This document shows positions 24,610 through 37,676 of a DNA stretch of 64,000 nt, in pieces. The stretch's first letter is position 1. Every line of letters begins with the position of its first letter. The translations under genes and the position numbers were made by a program. The stretch comes from Malacoraja senta (taxonomy: Eukaryota), in the NCBI GenBank assembly GCA_038087875.1, contig CM075989.1:14014001-14078000 (forward strand), given 5' to 3'. The notes under the pieces are model-generated. The model saw only the letters and a program-made list of their open reading frames with translations. It searched no databases and was not told the DNA's origin.

Positions 24610-27600
24610 CTTTGAGCCCATGATTTTCTGGCAACAGACTGGAAGGGTCTGTTTCCATGCTGTAAAGCTGTGTGACCCTATCACTTCCACTGTCTTTATC
24701 TCACTGGTTTGTACTGGTAATGGTTGGAGCTGCAAAAAGACATCTGAAGGTAGAAACATAAGTGATTAGAGTGGGAAAGAAGGTGTATGGTATACTTCCC
24801 TTTGATATGGGCTTTAAGTACAAGAGTCAGGAAATCATGATGCAGCTTGATAAACTTTTGTAGGTTAGGATGTAATGGAGTATTATGAGCCATTTTAGGT
24901 TGCCCATTACAGGAAGGGCGGGGAGGCTTTGGAGAGGATACCGAAGATGTTTACCTGGATTAGAGTACATTCGCATTAAGGATGGTTGGACAAATATAGA
25001 TTGTTTTCTCGGGATCGTGAGATGTTGAGGGGAGACCTGATAGACGTTTATAAAATTATGAAAGGCATAGATAGGGTCGACAGTCAGAACCTTTTTTTCT
25101 CAGGGTGGAAATGTCAAGTACAATAGGGCATAGCTTTAATATGAAAGTTTAAAGGCGATGTGCAGAACAAGACCATTACACAGTGAGTGATAGGTGCCAG
25201 TGGTGGTGGAAGCAGATTTGACAGTTGCATTTAAGAGGCTTTTAGATATGCATATGAATATGCAGGGAATGGAGGCAAATGCATCTGATGCAAGCAGAAG
25301 AGATATGTTTAATTTGGTATCATATTCAGCACCTATATTTTTGATGCTATATAACATATGAAAGAGAATTGGGATCACCCAGAATAATGAGATGTCCATG
25401 AATTTCATTCTGAACCCTTCTTGCAACTTATGTGTAATTCATGAAAATCCCTGGACATAGGCAACAACATCTAATGATGTGCGACGCACAGCCAGGTATC
25501 TCTTCTGACTTGCTCCTGCTTGACTTAAAGGGGATCTTTGTTTATTTGTTACATTTGTCCTTGTGTAGGAAGTATAAATTCAGTTGTGAGGTCAATCATG
25601 GATTAAATGCCAATTAAAAAAAATCAAGATAAATACTGATGATCTTTTTCAGTGTTCAAGGTAATTAAGCCAGACATTGCGACATTTTCAAATAATAATC
25701 CTGTTAGTTTTTAACTGGACACTTATTCTGTATCTACAGTTGAAGAATACAGTTTAAAATATATGTTTGTGGAATTCTAGTTGCTTTCCTTCAAAATTAT
25801 AATTTTAAAATATTCTAATGTTCCTAGATCAATCTATTAAAACTGAATGTATTGGAATAAAATACTGTGGCATTACAAACCTTATTTCCACACTTGCTTT
25901 CTGTTAAATGAAATGAGTGCTAATTCATTCATTTGTTTATTTAAGATTTATGGAGAGAGAGTGTACGGATTTTGATGTATTGTGAGAAAGGGCAAGTAGC
26001 TGAGTGCACCTTGATTTAATTAAGATGTCATAAATATATATTCTTGTTATTGTGATTGAAAGTGCATTTTCAAAGAACACAATCAATAATGTTCCACAAA
26101 AAAGAAAATATATATCCGTAGCCATGGTGTGCATTATTTCATCCAGTGTACTATGGACAATAGTACAGTACATTTAATGTTTAAGAAATTTGAGATTATA
26201 AATCTAGAGACAAACCTTTCCATATTTTGGGACTGATTATCCTTGAGAGTAATTAATTGGGACTAGAACAAGTGAATGTCTATGGTGGAGTGTTGAAAGG
26301 GGAGAGGGCGGGTGGGGCAGGTTGGGAGGTTGCAGTTTTATCCCATGAAAGAATTCAAATTTTATTAGAAATTTGGTAGCTGAGACATACTGAAGTAATG
26401 TATGTTTGTTGTGATTGCATCACTGCAAATGGAGCAGTAACCAAGGATGTACTGTAAGTTAGGAAAAGAATAGGTTACATATAAAACATCGTATGTAACT
26501 CCATGAAGATGAATAGCCACAGAAAACTCTCCCAATAATTATGAGTAATCCATGTTAATTTATGAGATTGGGTTAATTCAATTTCATTAAATTGAAATGC
26601 TATCTCTGCCAACATAAACTGTAAGTTCAAGGCTTGGACTGAGACTTATGGTAACCGGGAAATTTTATCAAATGAGCAAGACCCTGGAATCAGCAATTGT
26701 TAGGACCAAGGATAGAAGCGCATGAAAATGTGATTGTCATGTTAAAAGGGCCATCGCTGGATGTGGTTTATTTGTCTGTTTTTGAAGGTTTTCAATAAGG
26801 TCTCACTCAGCAGGTTAGTCAGCTAGGTTAGAGTACATGGAATTTAGAGGGGAAACACTGATGTGGATTGAGAGTTTGTTATTGGATAGAAAGCAGAGTG
26901 GGAATAAGTGAGGGAACCAGTATGAAGAAGGATCCCGGCCTGAAATATTGCCTATCTATGTTCTTTTCAGATGCTGCTTGGCCTGCTGAGTTGCTCCAGC
27001 ACTTTGACTTTTTTTGTAAACCAGCACCTACAGTTTGTTGTGTCCAGTGGAAATAAGTGGATCACTCACTCTCAGATTATCAGGCTGTGATGAGTCGGGT
27101 ACCAAAGGGATTGAGGGATTGGTGCTTGGGCCCCAGCTATACACAGTCCTTATCAACAATGTGGCTGATTACATTTGGGATTGATTAAACAACATATTTC
27201 CAAATTTGATTATATTAAACAAGATGGTGTTTTAATATAGAGACGGAGGTGAGGTGAATACGGACAAGTTAAGTGAGTGGAAGAAAATGTGGCAAATGGA
27301 ATATAATAAGTTATGATTTTGTTTCTATTGCCTAAGATAGATGCACTTAGCGAAGAGGGAATGCAGTGAATATTTGCATACAACTTCCATGGTTGGAAAG
27401 ATTGCTATATGAGGAGAGAGTGGACCAGTTCTGCATTCTGTTGAGTTCAGGGAATGAGAGGACAGCTGATTGAAACTTATAACATTCTTAAAGGTGTTGA
27501 TATGCTGGATGAAGAGAGCATGTTTCCTCAGCTGAGAAATTTAGGACTAGGTGTCTCAGAATAAAGGATAGACTGAGATGAGGTGAAATTTCTTCATGCA

Positions 27601-28773
27601 GAAAGTGCTGAGTATTTTGAATAGAACGGTGGCGCAGCGATAAAGTTGCTGCCTTACTGCGCCAGAGACCCGGGTTCGATCCTGACTACAGGTGCTGTCT
27701 GTATGGAGTTAGTATGTTCTCCCCGTGATCACGTGGGGTTTCCTTAGTTGCTCCGGTCTCCTCCCACACACCAAAGATGTATAGGTTTGTAGGTTAATTG
27801 GCTTCTGTAAAAATTATAAATTTTCCACAGTGTGTAGGATAGTGCTCGTGTACGGGGATCGCTGGGGCATATCGACTCGGTGAGCCGAAGGGTCTGTTTC
27901 CACTCTGTATCTCTGAACTAAACTAAATTGGTTACTAAACTGGTGGGCTGTGGATGCTCAGACATTTAGTTCATTCAAAACAAAGATTGATGTAGTGGAT
28001 AACAAGGAAGGTTGTCAAAGGTTGCTGTAAGATATAGATCTGGCGGGAAGTTGGATAGAGCATGAGACAATGGAAATTAATCCTGACAACTGTGAGGTGA
28101 TGCATTTTTGGAAGTCATACAAAGGAAGGACATGTACAGTAAATGATAGGATGCTACGTTACGTGATAAACCTAGGGACCTTGGAGATGGAGTTTGTCCA
28201 TTGTTCCCTGAAAATGGCCTCACAGGTAAATAGAATGGTGAAGAAGGCATGTGGTATATTGCTGTCATGATCCAAGCGAAGTAACGTTAAAGTTGGAGCA
28301 TTATGATGCAACGTTACAAAATACTGGTTTGGCCACATTTGGAATATTGTATGCAGTTCTGGTCATTCCACCCAGGAAGGAGAAGATTGCTCCGGAGAGA
28401 GTGCAGAGGAGATTCGCCAGCATGTTACCAGGAGTGCAGGACTTTAGTTATGGGAAAGATTGGATTGACTGGACATTTCCCATGGAGTGAAGGTGGCTGA
28501 GGGGTGATCTGATAAGTAGAAAATATTATAAGAGGCACAGATAGGGTAGATAGTCAAAATCTTTTTTTCTGTGGTAGGATTATCAAAAGTAAGAGGGCAC
28601 AGGTGAGAGGAAGGCGTCAAAGTGGTTCTGTCAGGAAGGTTTTAATGCACAGGGAATGATTGATATTAGGGTTAGGTTGAGGTGGCAGAGTCTGGTACAA
28701 TGACCATGTTTGAGGTATTTAGACAGACATTTAAAATAAGCAAACATAGAAGGATACAGACTTAATGCAGGCA
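24610..28773 (+). mobile_element. Several old CR1-like fragments separated by unique AT-rich intron sequence
   Basis: Degenerate RT remnants (e.g. ILVWPHLEYCMQFW at ~28320, NCEVMHF at ~28088). Confidence 0.6.
27626..27927 (+). mobile_element. tRNA-derived V-SINE/HE1-like SINE, near full length
   Basis: A-box-like TGGCGCAGCGAT, B-box GGTTCGATCC, central GTTCTCCCCGTG..CGTGGG, LINE-like tail GAGCCGAAGGGTCTGTTTCC...(AACTA)n. Confidence 0.9.
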
Positions 28774-29455
28774 AATACAATACAATACAATACAATACAA
28801 TTTATTTGTAATTTGGACTCCGTTGAGGTCCAAACGAAATGTCGTTTCTGCAGCCATACATTACAAAACGAAGAAGACCCGAGACACAACACAATTTACA
28901 CATACATCCATCACAGCGCTGTGATGGAAGGCAAAAAAACGTATCTCTCCACTGCACTCCCCCCCCCGATGTCAGAGTCAAAGTCAAAGTCAAAAGCCCC
29001 CGGCGGGCGATGGTGATTGTCCGGCGGCCATTAAGCCACGCCGGGTGATGCAAGGTCGCGCACCGGGTCTTGGTGTTAGAGCCCCGGCGTGCGCTCGCAA
29101 AGTCCCGCGGCCATTCCAAGCCGCGCGGGGCGGTGATGTAAAGCCCCGCTCCAGGTGCTCTTCAACCCCGCAGCTCGGCCGGGAGAAGTCGCCGCTGCGG
29201 AAGCCCCGAAAAGCGGTCTCCCACCAGGGACCCGCGGGCTTCCGGTGTTGCCGTCCGCCAGACCCGCGGTTGTAGCCTCCGAATCTCCGGGGGTCGGGTC
29301 GCAGCAGCGCTCCACCACAGCTCCACCCGCTCCGGACTCGGCCAGCCCCGCGACGGTGAGTAGTCCGCAGCTCCGCAACTGGAGCCCCAGGTCGTTCCTG
29401 CTGGAGGCCGCTCCACGTTGCCCAGCCCCAACGACAACGGAGACCCGACAAAGAA
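28774..29455 (-). mobile_element. 5'-truncated copy related to the 18306-19146 GC-rich non-autonomous retroelement
   Basis: (AATAC)n tail and high similarity to 18330-18975. Inserted in a CR1 3' tail (GCAGGCAAAT...TAGATTAGT). Confidence 0.8.
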
Positions 29456-30589
29456 AATTAGATTAGTATGGATGCGCAAAACTGTCACCATGGAGGGGTG
29501 GGCTGAAAGTCCTGTTTCTGTGTGGTGTCACTCTATGATAGCGTTCTGCTTATTAAAAGAGATGGGATATTTGCAGGAAAATTTGGTTGAGATTGGCTAT
29601 GATCTTTAGGAAAGGCAGAGCAGGTTTGAAGGATGAATGTCCAACTGCTCTTATTTTTTAAATATTGTTATAGATTGGAATTACAGCTAAGTGATTGTTC
29701 ATTAAAAGCCTGATCGCCTAAATAACTGTGGTGATTTAAGCTCTGGAGTTCACTGGAGAATTATCGTTTTCGTCCACAGAAAATTATTTGTCCACAGAAA
29801 GTTTATTTTGGAGCTGTAGGCAACTACATTGAATCTTGTGTTTGTTGACCTGCCTTATGATAGTGTAGTCAACTACATTGTGGTTTGGAAAAATAAATGT
29901 GAAATATGTCTGGTGACTTGTGGCAAAACACAATGATGTACAGTGATTTTATAAAATACTAATCAGAACTTCTGGTTAAGGATGCCGCTGAGCACACAGG
30001 CACTATAATGGTGGATAGTGGTCTTACTTAATTATTTTGTCTTCATTTGATTTTGAATCAATGAAATGAAAAGAGTTGTGGATGTAGCCCATGTGGCAGG
30101 GGGCAGACGCTGGGTCTACAATGACTACATCGACATACTCGTGGTAGGATGAACTCGCGTGAAAAGGTTTATTTATAGTGAAGAGTTAAGGGGACAATAG
30201 TGACAAGAAAATAATGCCAATTTGATTAGTATGGGTGTCAGGGGTTATGGGAGGAGAATAGGGTTAGGAGGGAGAGATGGATAAGCCATGATTGAAGTAG
30301 ACTTGATGGGCCAAATGGCCTAATTCTGCTTCTCCCCCTTATTTGGGATGATCTGCTAGACTTGTTCTATTCACTTACTGGTGACCCCAAATCTTTTCAC
30401 TTTCTGTAAGTCAACAGGTCAGAAGTTTGTCATTTGTAATAGATTTCATGCAAGTGTACTGCACCACAGACATGCTATATGTTATAGGTATGAGTTCTTC
30501 ACAATGAATCAAAGGCAGCTGAAGTTTTTACTTTCTTTCCACTAAAGGTGAAATCAAAAGCATTTATATTTTATCTGTACATGGTGCCG

Positions 30590-31130
30590 GCGTTTTCAGG
30601 CAGGCGCTGTCCATGGTGCTGGTCTTCCACTCCACCTGACATGTCTGCCCTTAATGGGATCAGAGCAACATTTAGGGAGGAGGCATTGTTACACCCATTT
30701 CATCACATAGTCCAGACTCCCCACTATTGAGTTCATCCACACTTCTTACTGCCTTGGGAAAGCAGCCGACATAATCAAAGATCTTTCCTGATCGCAGTCA
30801 TTCCTCCTGCTTCTTGTTCCCGTTGGGCAGAAGCTTGAAAGCGTGCATCACCAGACTTAGAAACAGCTGTTCCCCTCTCTTAACAGGCTTCTGAACGGTC
30901 CTTCCATAAGCTGGGGAGCAGTCTGATTCTCCTCTACTTCTTTGCGAAGTGGTCTTTGTTTCTGGAACTGGTGTGAAAACTATATTCTGCACTCTGTATA
31001 TTTCTGTTCATTCTACCTATGGTACTTGAGTTTGGCTTGATTGCATTCATGTTCAGTATCTGATTTGATTGGAAGGTGTGTAAAACAATGCTTTTCACTG
31101 AACCTCTGTAGATGTGACCATTATGAACCA
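30590..31130 (+). mobile_element. Old Rex1/Babar-like 3' fragment
   Basis: GCAGCCGACATAATCAAAGA...ACCAGACTTAGAAACAGC... and tail TTTTCACTG...GTGACCATTAT. Confidence 0.55.
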
Positions 31131-31677
31131 TACACCAAATCTGTGTGCTCAGTGATCTTTAAAAGTGACCTTAAATCATGATCTTGAATGTGGAAATGAC
31201 AAGATTATAGCAATCACAACTACCTTCATTTTTTGAGTGCCTTCAACTTGCGGACATCAATAATCCATTTCATCTTTTCTTTTTTATACTTCTGATTTGA
31301 ATTCAGCTATTAGAGTTTTCTTTTATTTAGAATTAACATTTAAAATAACTGACATATTTTTGGAATATCTTTTGCAATTGTATTACACTTGAGGCCAACT
31401 AGAAATGAATTTTGTATGTGATGTTCCAAGCTAGGGATGGTGTGTTGAATACCTATACCTATAAAACTGGGCAAAAACGGAATTCCATTCTAATTTAACA
31501 AAAAGCTTACCAATTTTGTAAATTACTTTATCCTATCAATATGCAATTTCTAACAAAATTATAATGGAAAACTATGACTTATGGAAATTGCAGCATTTTG
31601 TTTCATTGGAATGAATAAATCAGCATGTATATTATGCGCATTTTTAAATGCTAACATTTCTGTTTACTTTTGTCTAG

Positions 31678-31707
31678 TTAAACAAGGAAAACTGCATGGA
31701 GCATCAG
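31678..31707 (+). CDS. UNC13B-like: UNC13-like coding exon 2 (VKQGKLHGAS/D)
   Basis: Branch-like CTAAC at 31651, tttgtctag| 30 bp |gtaaga; phase 1 to 1. Confidence 0.88.
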
Positions 31708-33439
31708 GTAAGATGTTTCTTTTGTCAAATGTCACTTTCTATTTAAATACAGCACATTACCAGTTTTATCAAATATATTGATTTTTAATCAAGATTAGTT
31801 TAAAGAACTACTACTGACATGTGGCAAGCCTGGGCTTAGGAAAAAGAGACTAAAATATGGAAACCAAAAATTAAATGACTGAAAGTTTAATGAATTTGTC
31901 TAGAAAACATGTGCAAAGCACTTTGCATCTTTGGCTTGAATTTACCAATATTGGCCATGCCGCAGGAGGAATTGTTAAAGTTCATTTCTTAAAATAGACA
32001 ACTCACAATAAGTTAGGTAAAACCAACAAGCTTTATTGATCATTGAGCCGGCGAGAGCGTTAGGAGATACAAAGCCAAGTATGCAGCCGATACTTGGCTC
32101 TCCCTGGGCTAACACTCTAATGAATGAAGACATACAGCTTCTTTTATATTATTTTGGAAACATAGTCACATGTTCATACAGAATGGCAGCAATGATGTTT
32201 AATACAAATCAATCACAGCTCTACCCATTCAAAGTATGCTTGTCACTGATACAATAGTCTTGCCATCCTGTGCTTCTTTCAATCATAAAACTGTTGATCC
32301 CAAACATTCGAAAGCAGGATGTTAGTCAAGAAACACAACCATTACAATTCTGTCTTAACAATATAATCTCTGAATGTCAGCTACCCACAGAAATTCATGT
32401 TAGCAGAGAATACCAATTTCTCAGGAAGCTCATCCTCTCTCAACCTTCCCAGGAAGTATATCCCCTCTCACCATTGTGAATGGTGTTCTACTTGGCACAT
32501 AACAGGAACCAGCTTGAACGGCAGTTTGAAAGCTGGCCTCCAATTTCCTGATTCCCACATTTCTGCAAACTTCAGCTTATTTCAGCACCCAGAAAAAGCT
32601 GGGTTATACTCAGGCTATACTCAAGCTTATATTTTACTTAATCCATTCTAATTATAAAATATTTCATTATTAACTAGGATATTATCAGTATACAAGCTGA
32701 TTTGATTTTTTTTTTTTAGCCAAGACCTGTTTGAAGCCATAACACACAGTATATAATCTGTTTTTCTTCTTGGCTTTATTTTGTCACTTGTCTGTGCTAA
32801 TATGGTGATTGAGAAATATCTAATGTAACTTCCAGCATCCTATTTTCAGGATTAGGTTTGCTGTATTGATAATGCTCAAGATTTATAGCAATAATTTTTT
32901 GAAAAATTAGATCTTTGTTTTAGAACTGGCAGATCCACTCAGAGCAACAAACAATATGCTGGAGGAACTGAATGGTTATCTCTAGATTGACTTACAGTTG
33001 ATGTGCTGACCCTTAAACACCAAGTGAAAGTCGAGAACTCTCCCTCTCTCTGTAGACTTGTGAAAACGATAAAGTCTCTTGAGTTTGCACCACTCCCTAA
33101 TGCAAAAGTGAACAGTAAACCATGAGGTGTGACAAAGTTAGGTCATCACGTGTAGTCAGCAAGTTGATCGTGACTCTTATCTCCATGGCTAAAGTAGTCC
33201 AGATCTAAAAGTCAGCGTGCATTGGAGACACAAGACGGCAAATGAAAATAGATAATGCAGTTTCAATGTTGGCCCATAAACAGCACAATTTCAGAGGAAA
33301 ACAGAAGTTAGTAAAAAAATAGTGTATTTGTGGGTGAGTTAGAACAAATATTTTTCACGACATTGGCAATCACATTGCAGGTGAACTATGCATGTTGCAA
33401 TAAAAAAGATATAATTTAAGTGTGGGGATGACATGCGAA

Positions 33440-33675
33440 GGAAATAGGCGACGTTTCGGGTTGAGACCCTTCTTCAGACTGATGTGGGGGGGGTGGGACT
33501 GATGTGTGGGTGGGGGGGGGGCGGACTAATGTGAGGATGGGGGGGGGGGGGCGAACAACATCACATCAGTCCCCCACATCAGTCTGAAGAAGGGTCTCGA
33601 CCCGAAACATCGCCTATTTCCTTTGCTCCATAGATGCTACCTCACCCGTTGACTTTTTCCAGCATTTTTGTTTAC
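33440..33675. repeat. Inverted-repeat element made of two Penelope-type tails around a G-rich spacer
   Basis: ~50-bp arms GAAATAGGCGACGTTTCGGGTTGAGACCCTTCTTCAGACTGATGTGGGGG and CCCCCACATCAGTCTGAAGAAGGGTCTCGACCCGAAACATCGCCTATTTC. Confidence 0.85.
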
Positions 33676-33789
33676 CATGGAGTTGATATACTACATTAAC
33701 AATTTCTAATCCTCATTGCTGGATTAAATTGTTTGATTATGATGTTTGAATTCATGATATGCCTTATTTTTCATTCAAATAAGATAAAA

Positions 33790-34695
33790 CAGAATCATAC
33801 AGCACAGAAACAGACCCTTTGGCCTACAATGTATTTGCCAAACATGGTACCAAGTTATTCTCATCTGCCTGCACATGATCCATCTCCCTCCATTCCCTGC
33901 ATATCTGTGTGTCTGTCACTGCAGAAAAATTAATGCAAGTTTATCCAACCTCTCCTAGCTAATAGTGGATAATCCAGGCAGAATTCTGGTAAACCTCTCC
34001 AAAGTCTGTACATCCTTTAATATGGTGACCATAACTACACACAATACACCAAACGTGTCCTATCAATGTTTTGTAAAGCTGTATCAAGACCTCTTGACTC
34101 TTATGCTCTGTGGCCCGACCAGTGAAGACAAGCATACCATATGCCTTCTTTACCATTCTACATGTGTTACCACTTTCCATGAGCTATGAACTTGGACCCC
34201 AAGGTTCCTCTGTCTACTGTTCTTACCATTAATGATATACTTTGTCTTTGCTTTCATCCTTCCAAAATGCAGCGTTCACACTTGCTTGGATTAAACTCCG
34301 TCTATCATTTCTCTGGCCTTATCTGTAACTGATCCTGCTATATCCTTTGACAGCCTTCCTCACTGTCCACAGCTCCATCAATTTTGGTATTGTCTACAAA
34401 CTTACTGACCAATTCATTTACATTCATGTCATGTATTTATATTTATATATATATTATACAGCAGAGGTTCCAGCTCAGATTCCTATGGAACACCACTGAT
34501 CACAGACCTCCAGCCAGAATAAAACACTTGGACCACTAGAATCTGTTTTCTATGGGTAAGCTAGTTCTGAATCCAAACTACCAAGTCATTGTACATTCTG
34601 TGCATCCCAATCTTCTGGATGAGTCTACCATGAAGGACTTTATCAAATTCTCCTCTAGAATCTAGATAGATAACATCCACTGCCTTACCCACATC
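33790..34695 (-). mobile_element. Old CR1-like fragment just upstream of exon 3
   Basis: Minus-strand VKKAYGMLVF...QEVLIQLYKTL. Confidence 0.7.
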
Positions 34696-34787
34696 AGGAA
34701 GTTTGATATTTTTTAAACATCATGCAATATCATACTTGAGAATATTTTTTGCAATAAGCTGCAGCTAACTTTTTTTTAATTTTGCAG

Positions 34788-34887
34788 ATAAATTGAATAC
34801 ATATGTAACTCTAAAAGTTCAAAATGTAAGAAGTACCACAGTGACAAGACGAGGAAATGAGCCCAGTTGGGAACAAGATTATATGTT
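34788..34887 (+). CDS. UNC13B-like: UNC13-like coding exon 3 ([18 protein letters not shown]...WEQDYM/F)
   Basis: ttttgcag| 100 bp |gtaagt; carries the hallmark [14 protein letters not shown] and PSWEQD. Confidence 0.96.
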
Positions 34888-37090
34888 GTAAGTTTAAAAT
34901 GTTTGTGGTTGTTGTTCTTTATATCAGAATGTAGCATAGACGCAGCTATACCATGCATATAGTAATTGACCAGTGCGAATACAACAGATGAGCCTGTGAT
35001 GATATAACGTGCTGCACATTGCATTATGTCTTCAAGAGGTTGCTCTCTTGTAGCATTTTATTTCATCTTATAAGTTGAGAATTGGTCTGTCAGACCTTGG
35101 TGACCAGACCAATTTGTAACTGGCTCCTTGGCTTTTTGCCAGCCAACATTGCTATATCACAGTGGCTATGCTGGATCTGAACATAGTTATAAAGGTAAGT
35201 GCGGCAAAACTTGTATCAAGTTTTCAATTAAATGCACAGTGGTTTAACATGTAACTTTTTAAACCTAAATTATTTAAATGGATTCCAGCTTTTTTTTTCT
35301 CCTATTATCTTTTGATGAATTATTAGTTTCTGGGAGCAGTTTTAGGAGTGAGATGATTGTATAAATGAGGCCTCAAGGTTGTTGGTTGCCAAGAGTGTGC
35401 AGCCTGGAGATGGGGTGAAAGTTAACAGGTGGTGCCAGGATGGATCTAGTGTGATTTGATATGTTGAGTTCAATTAAGTGAAAAGATCATCCCAAAATGT
35501 ATGAAGACCTTCAGTAACACTATTACACTGAATCTAATAAGCTAAAGATATATGATATGTCTCCACATTTTTGAACCCCACTTGGCATTAATGTATAATG
35601 GAATTATATTGGGAGAGGTTCCTGAGTTCGATTTACATTTGAAACATTTAATTTGTACACAAATATTTAAAATAGTAGTTGCATGGTAGGCTGGAAAGTT
35701 AGATCACATGGGATGTAGCGAGAGCTAGCCGACTGGATAGAGAATTGGCTTCAAGATAAGAAGCAGAAGGTAATGATGGAAGGTTGCATTTTGGACTGGA
35801 GGCCTGTGATTAGTGGTGTACCTCAGAGATTTGTGCTGGGCCCTTGCTGTTTGTGGTTTATATCAATGATTTGAGTGAAAATATAGAAGGCATGATTGGT
35901 AAATTTGCTGATGACACTAAAGTGGGAGGCATTGTAGATAGCGAAAATGGTTGTCAAAAATAAGAGCAGGATCTTGATCAGTTGGGCAAGTGCATTGAGG
36001 AATGGTTAATGGAGTTTAATGCAGATAGGTACAAGGTTTGCATTTCACAGGACCTTCATAGTGAATGGGAATGTTGTAGAGCAGAGGGATCTTGAAAGAG
36101 GCGTCACAGTTCTCGAAAGAGGCGTCACAGGTAGATAGATTATTTAAAGTATGTTGAAGTGTGAATTTATATCCAGCGTAGAAGGATGTGCGCTGTGATC
36201 TGTGTCGATGCACTAGTGATAAATGTGGTTGGTGAATTTAAACAAGGGTCTGAAAATGCACTTTGTAGATCAGAGATGTCTTGACACCTTGCTTTCATGG
36301 GATAAGTTGCCTTTGAATTAAAAACCCAGCAAAGAGAAAACTTCAGAATAATTATGGAAAAGGAAAGATCAGCTCTATTTCAGGAAATCCTGTCAACTTA
36401 ACACTTGACATTCTTAAAGAAGGGTACCTGCCCTTGAAATGCAACTAGAGTATCATTAATTTGTTCAACCAGCTAATGATAGGTGACAGCAGATATCAGC
36501 CTTTTGGGAGATTTTGTTAAGACCTTGTCATGTGTGAAATATTTTTACCAATAATGGAGAGGGGAATTGGAAAGATGGGTTGATTAGGGATAGTCAGCAA
36601 AGTTTTGGACATGGAAGATTGTCTCATTAATTCGCTAATGGAGTTTAATGTAGATAAGTGTGAGGTGTTGCATTTTGGGATGTTAAAGACCTTCACAGTG
36701 AATGGCAGGACCCTGGGGAATGTCGCAGATGGATCTAGGAGTGCAGATACATTGTTCACTGAAAGTGGCACCATAAGTAGATAGAGTGGTTAAGAAGGCT
36801 CTCTGTATATTAGCCTTCATCAGTCTGGGTATTCAGTATAAAAGTTGAGATGTTATATTACAGCTATACAGGACATTGGTGAGGCTGCATTTGGAGTATT
36901 GTGTTCCTTTTTAGTCACCCTGCTTTAGGAAGGATGTTGTTAAGCATATTGTTGAGAGTGCAGAGAAGATTTGCAAAGATGTTGTAGTTTGGCCAGCCAG
37001 GAGTTTATTTCTTAGAGTGCAGGGCAATAGATAAGGTAAATACACAAAATCTTTTATCCAGAGTAGGGGAATCAAGAACCAGGGGACATA

Positions 37091-37676
37091 CAGTGCCCTC
37101 CATAATGTTTGGGACAAAGACCCATCATTTATTTATTTGCCTCTGTACTCCACAATTTGAGATATGTAATAGAAAAAATCACATGTGGTTGAAGTGCACA
37201 TTGTCAGATTTTAATAAAAGGTATTTTTATACATTTTGGTTTCACCATGTAGAAATTACAGCAGTGTTTATACATTTCAGGGCACCATAATGTTTGGGAC
37301 ACAGCAATGTCATGTAAATGAAAGTAGTTATGTTTAGTATTTGTTGCATATCCATTGCATGCAATGACTGCATGAAGTCTGCGATTCATGGACATCACCA
37401 GTTGCTGGATGTCTTCTCTGGTGATGCTCTGCCAGGCCTGTATTGCAGCCATCTTTAGCTTATGCTTGTTTCGGGGGCTAGTCCCCTTCAGTTTTCTCTT
37501 CAGCATATAAAAGGCATGCTCAATTGGGTTCAGATCGGGTGATTGACTTGGCCACTCAAGAATTGACCTTTTTTAACTTTGAAAAACTCCTTTGTTGCTT
37601 TAACAGTATGTTTGGGATCATTGTCTTGCCGTAGAATGAACTGCCGGTCTTTGTCCCAAACATTATCGAGGGCGCT
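37091..37676 (-). mobile_element. Internally deleted Tc1-like DNA transposon nested in a CR1 fragment
   Basis: TIRs CAGTGCCCTCCATAATGTTTGGGACAAAGACC (37091) and its degenerate reverse complement (~37646-37676), TA target, inner direct repeat at ~37280. Transposase C-terminal remnants QDNDPKHT and WPSQSPDLNPIEH..MLKRKLK lie on the minus strand. Confidence 0.88.

Noticed and set aside
27626..27700. tRNA gene
   Set aside because: tRNA-like head continues into a SINE body and tail; multiple diverged copies in the window.
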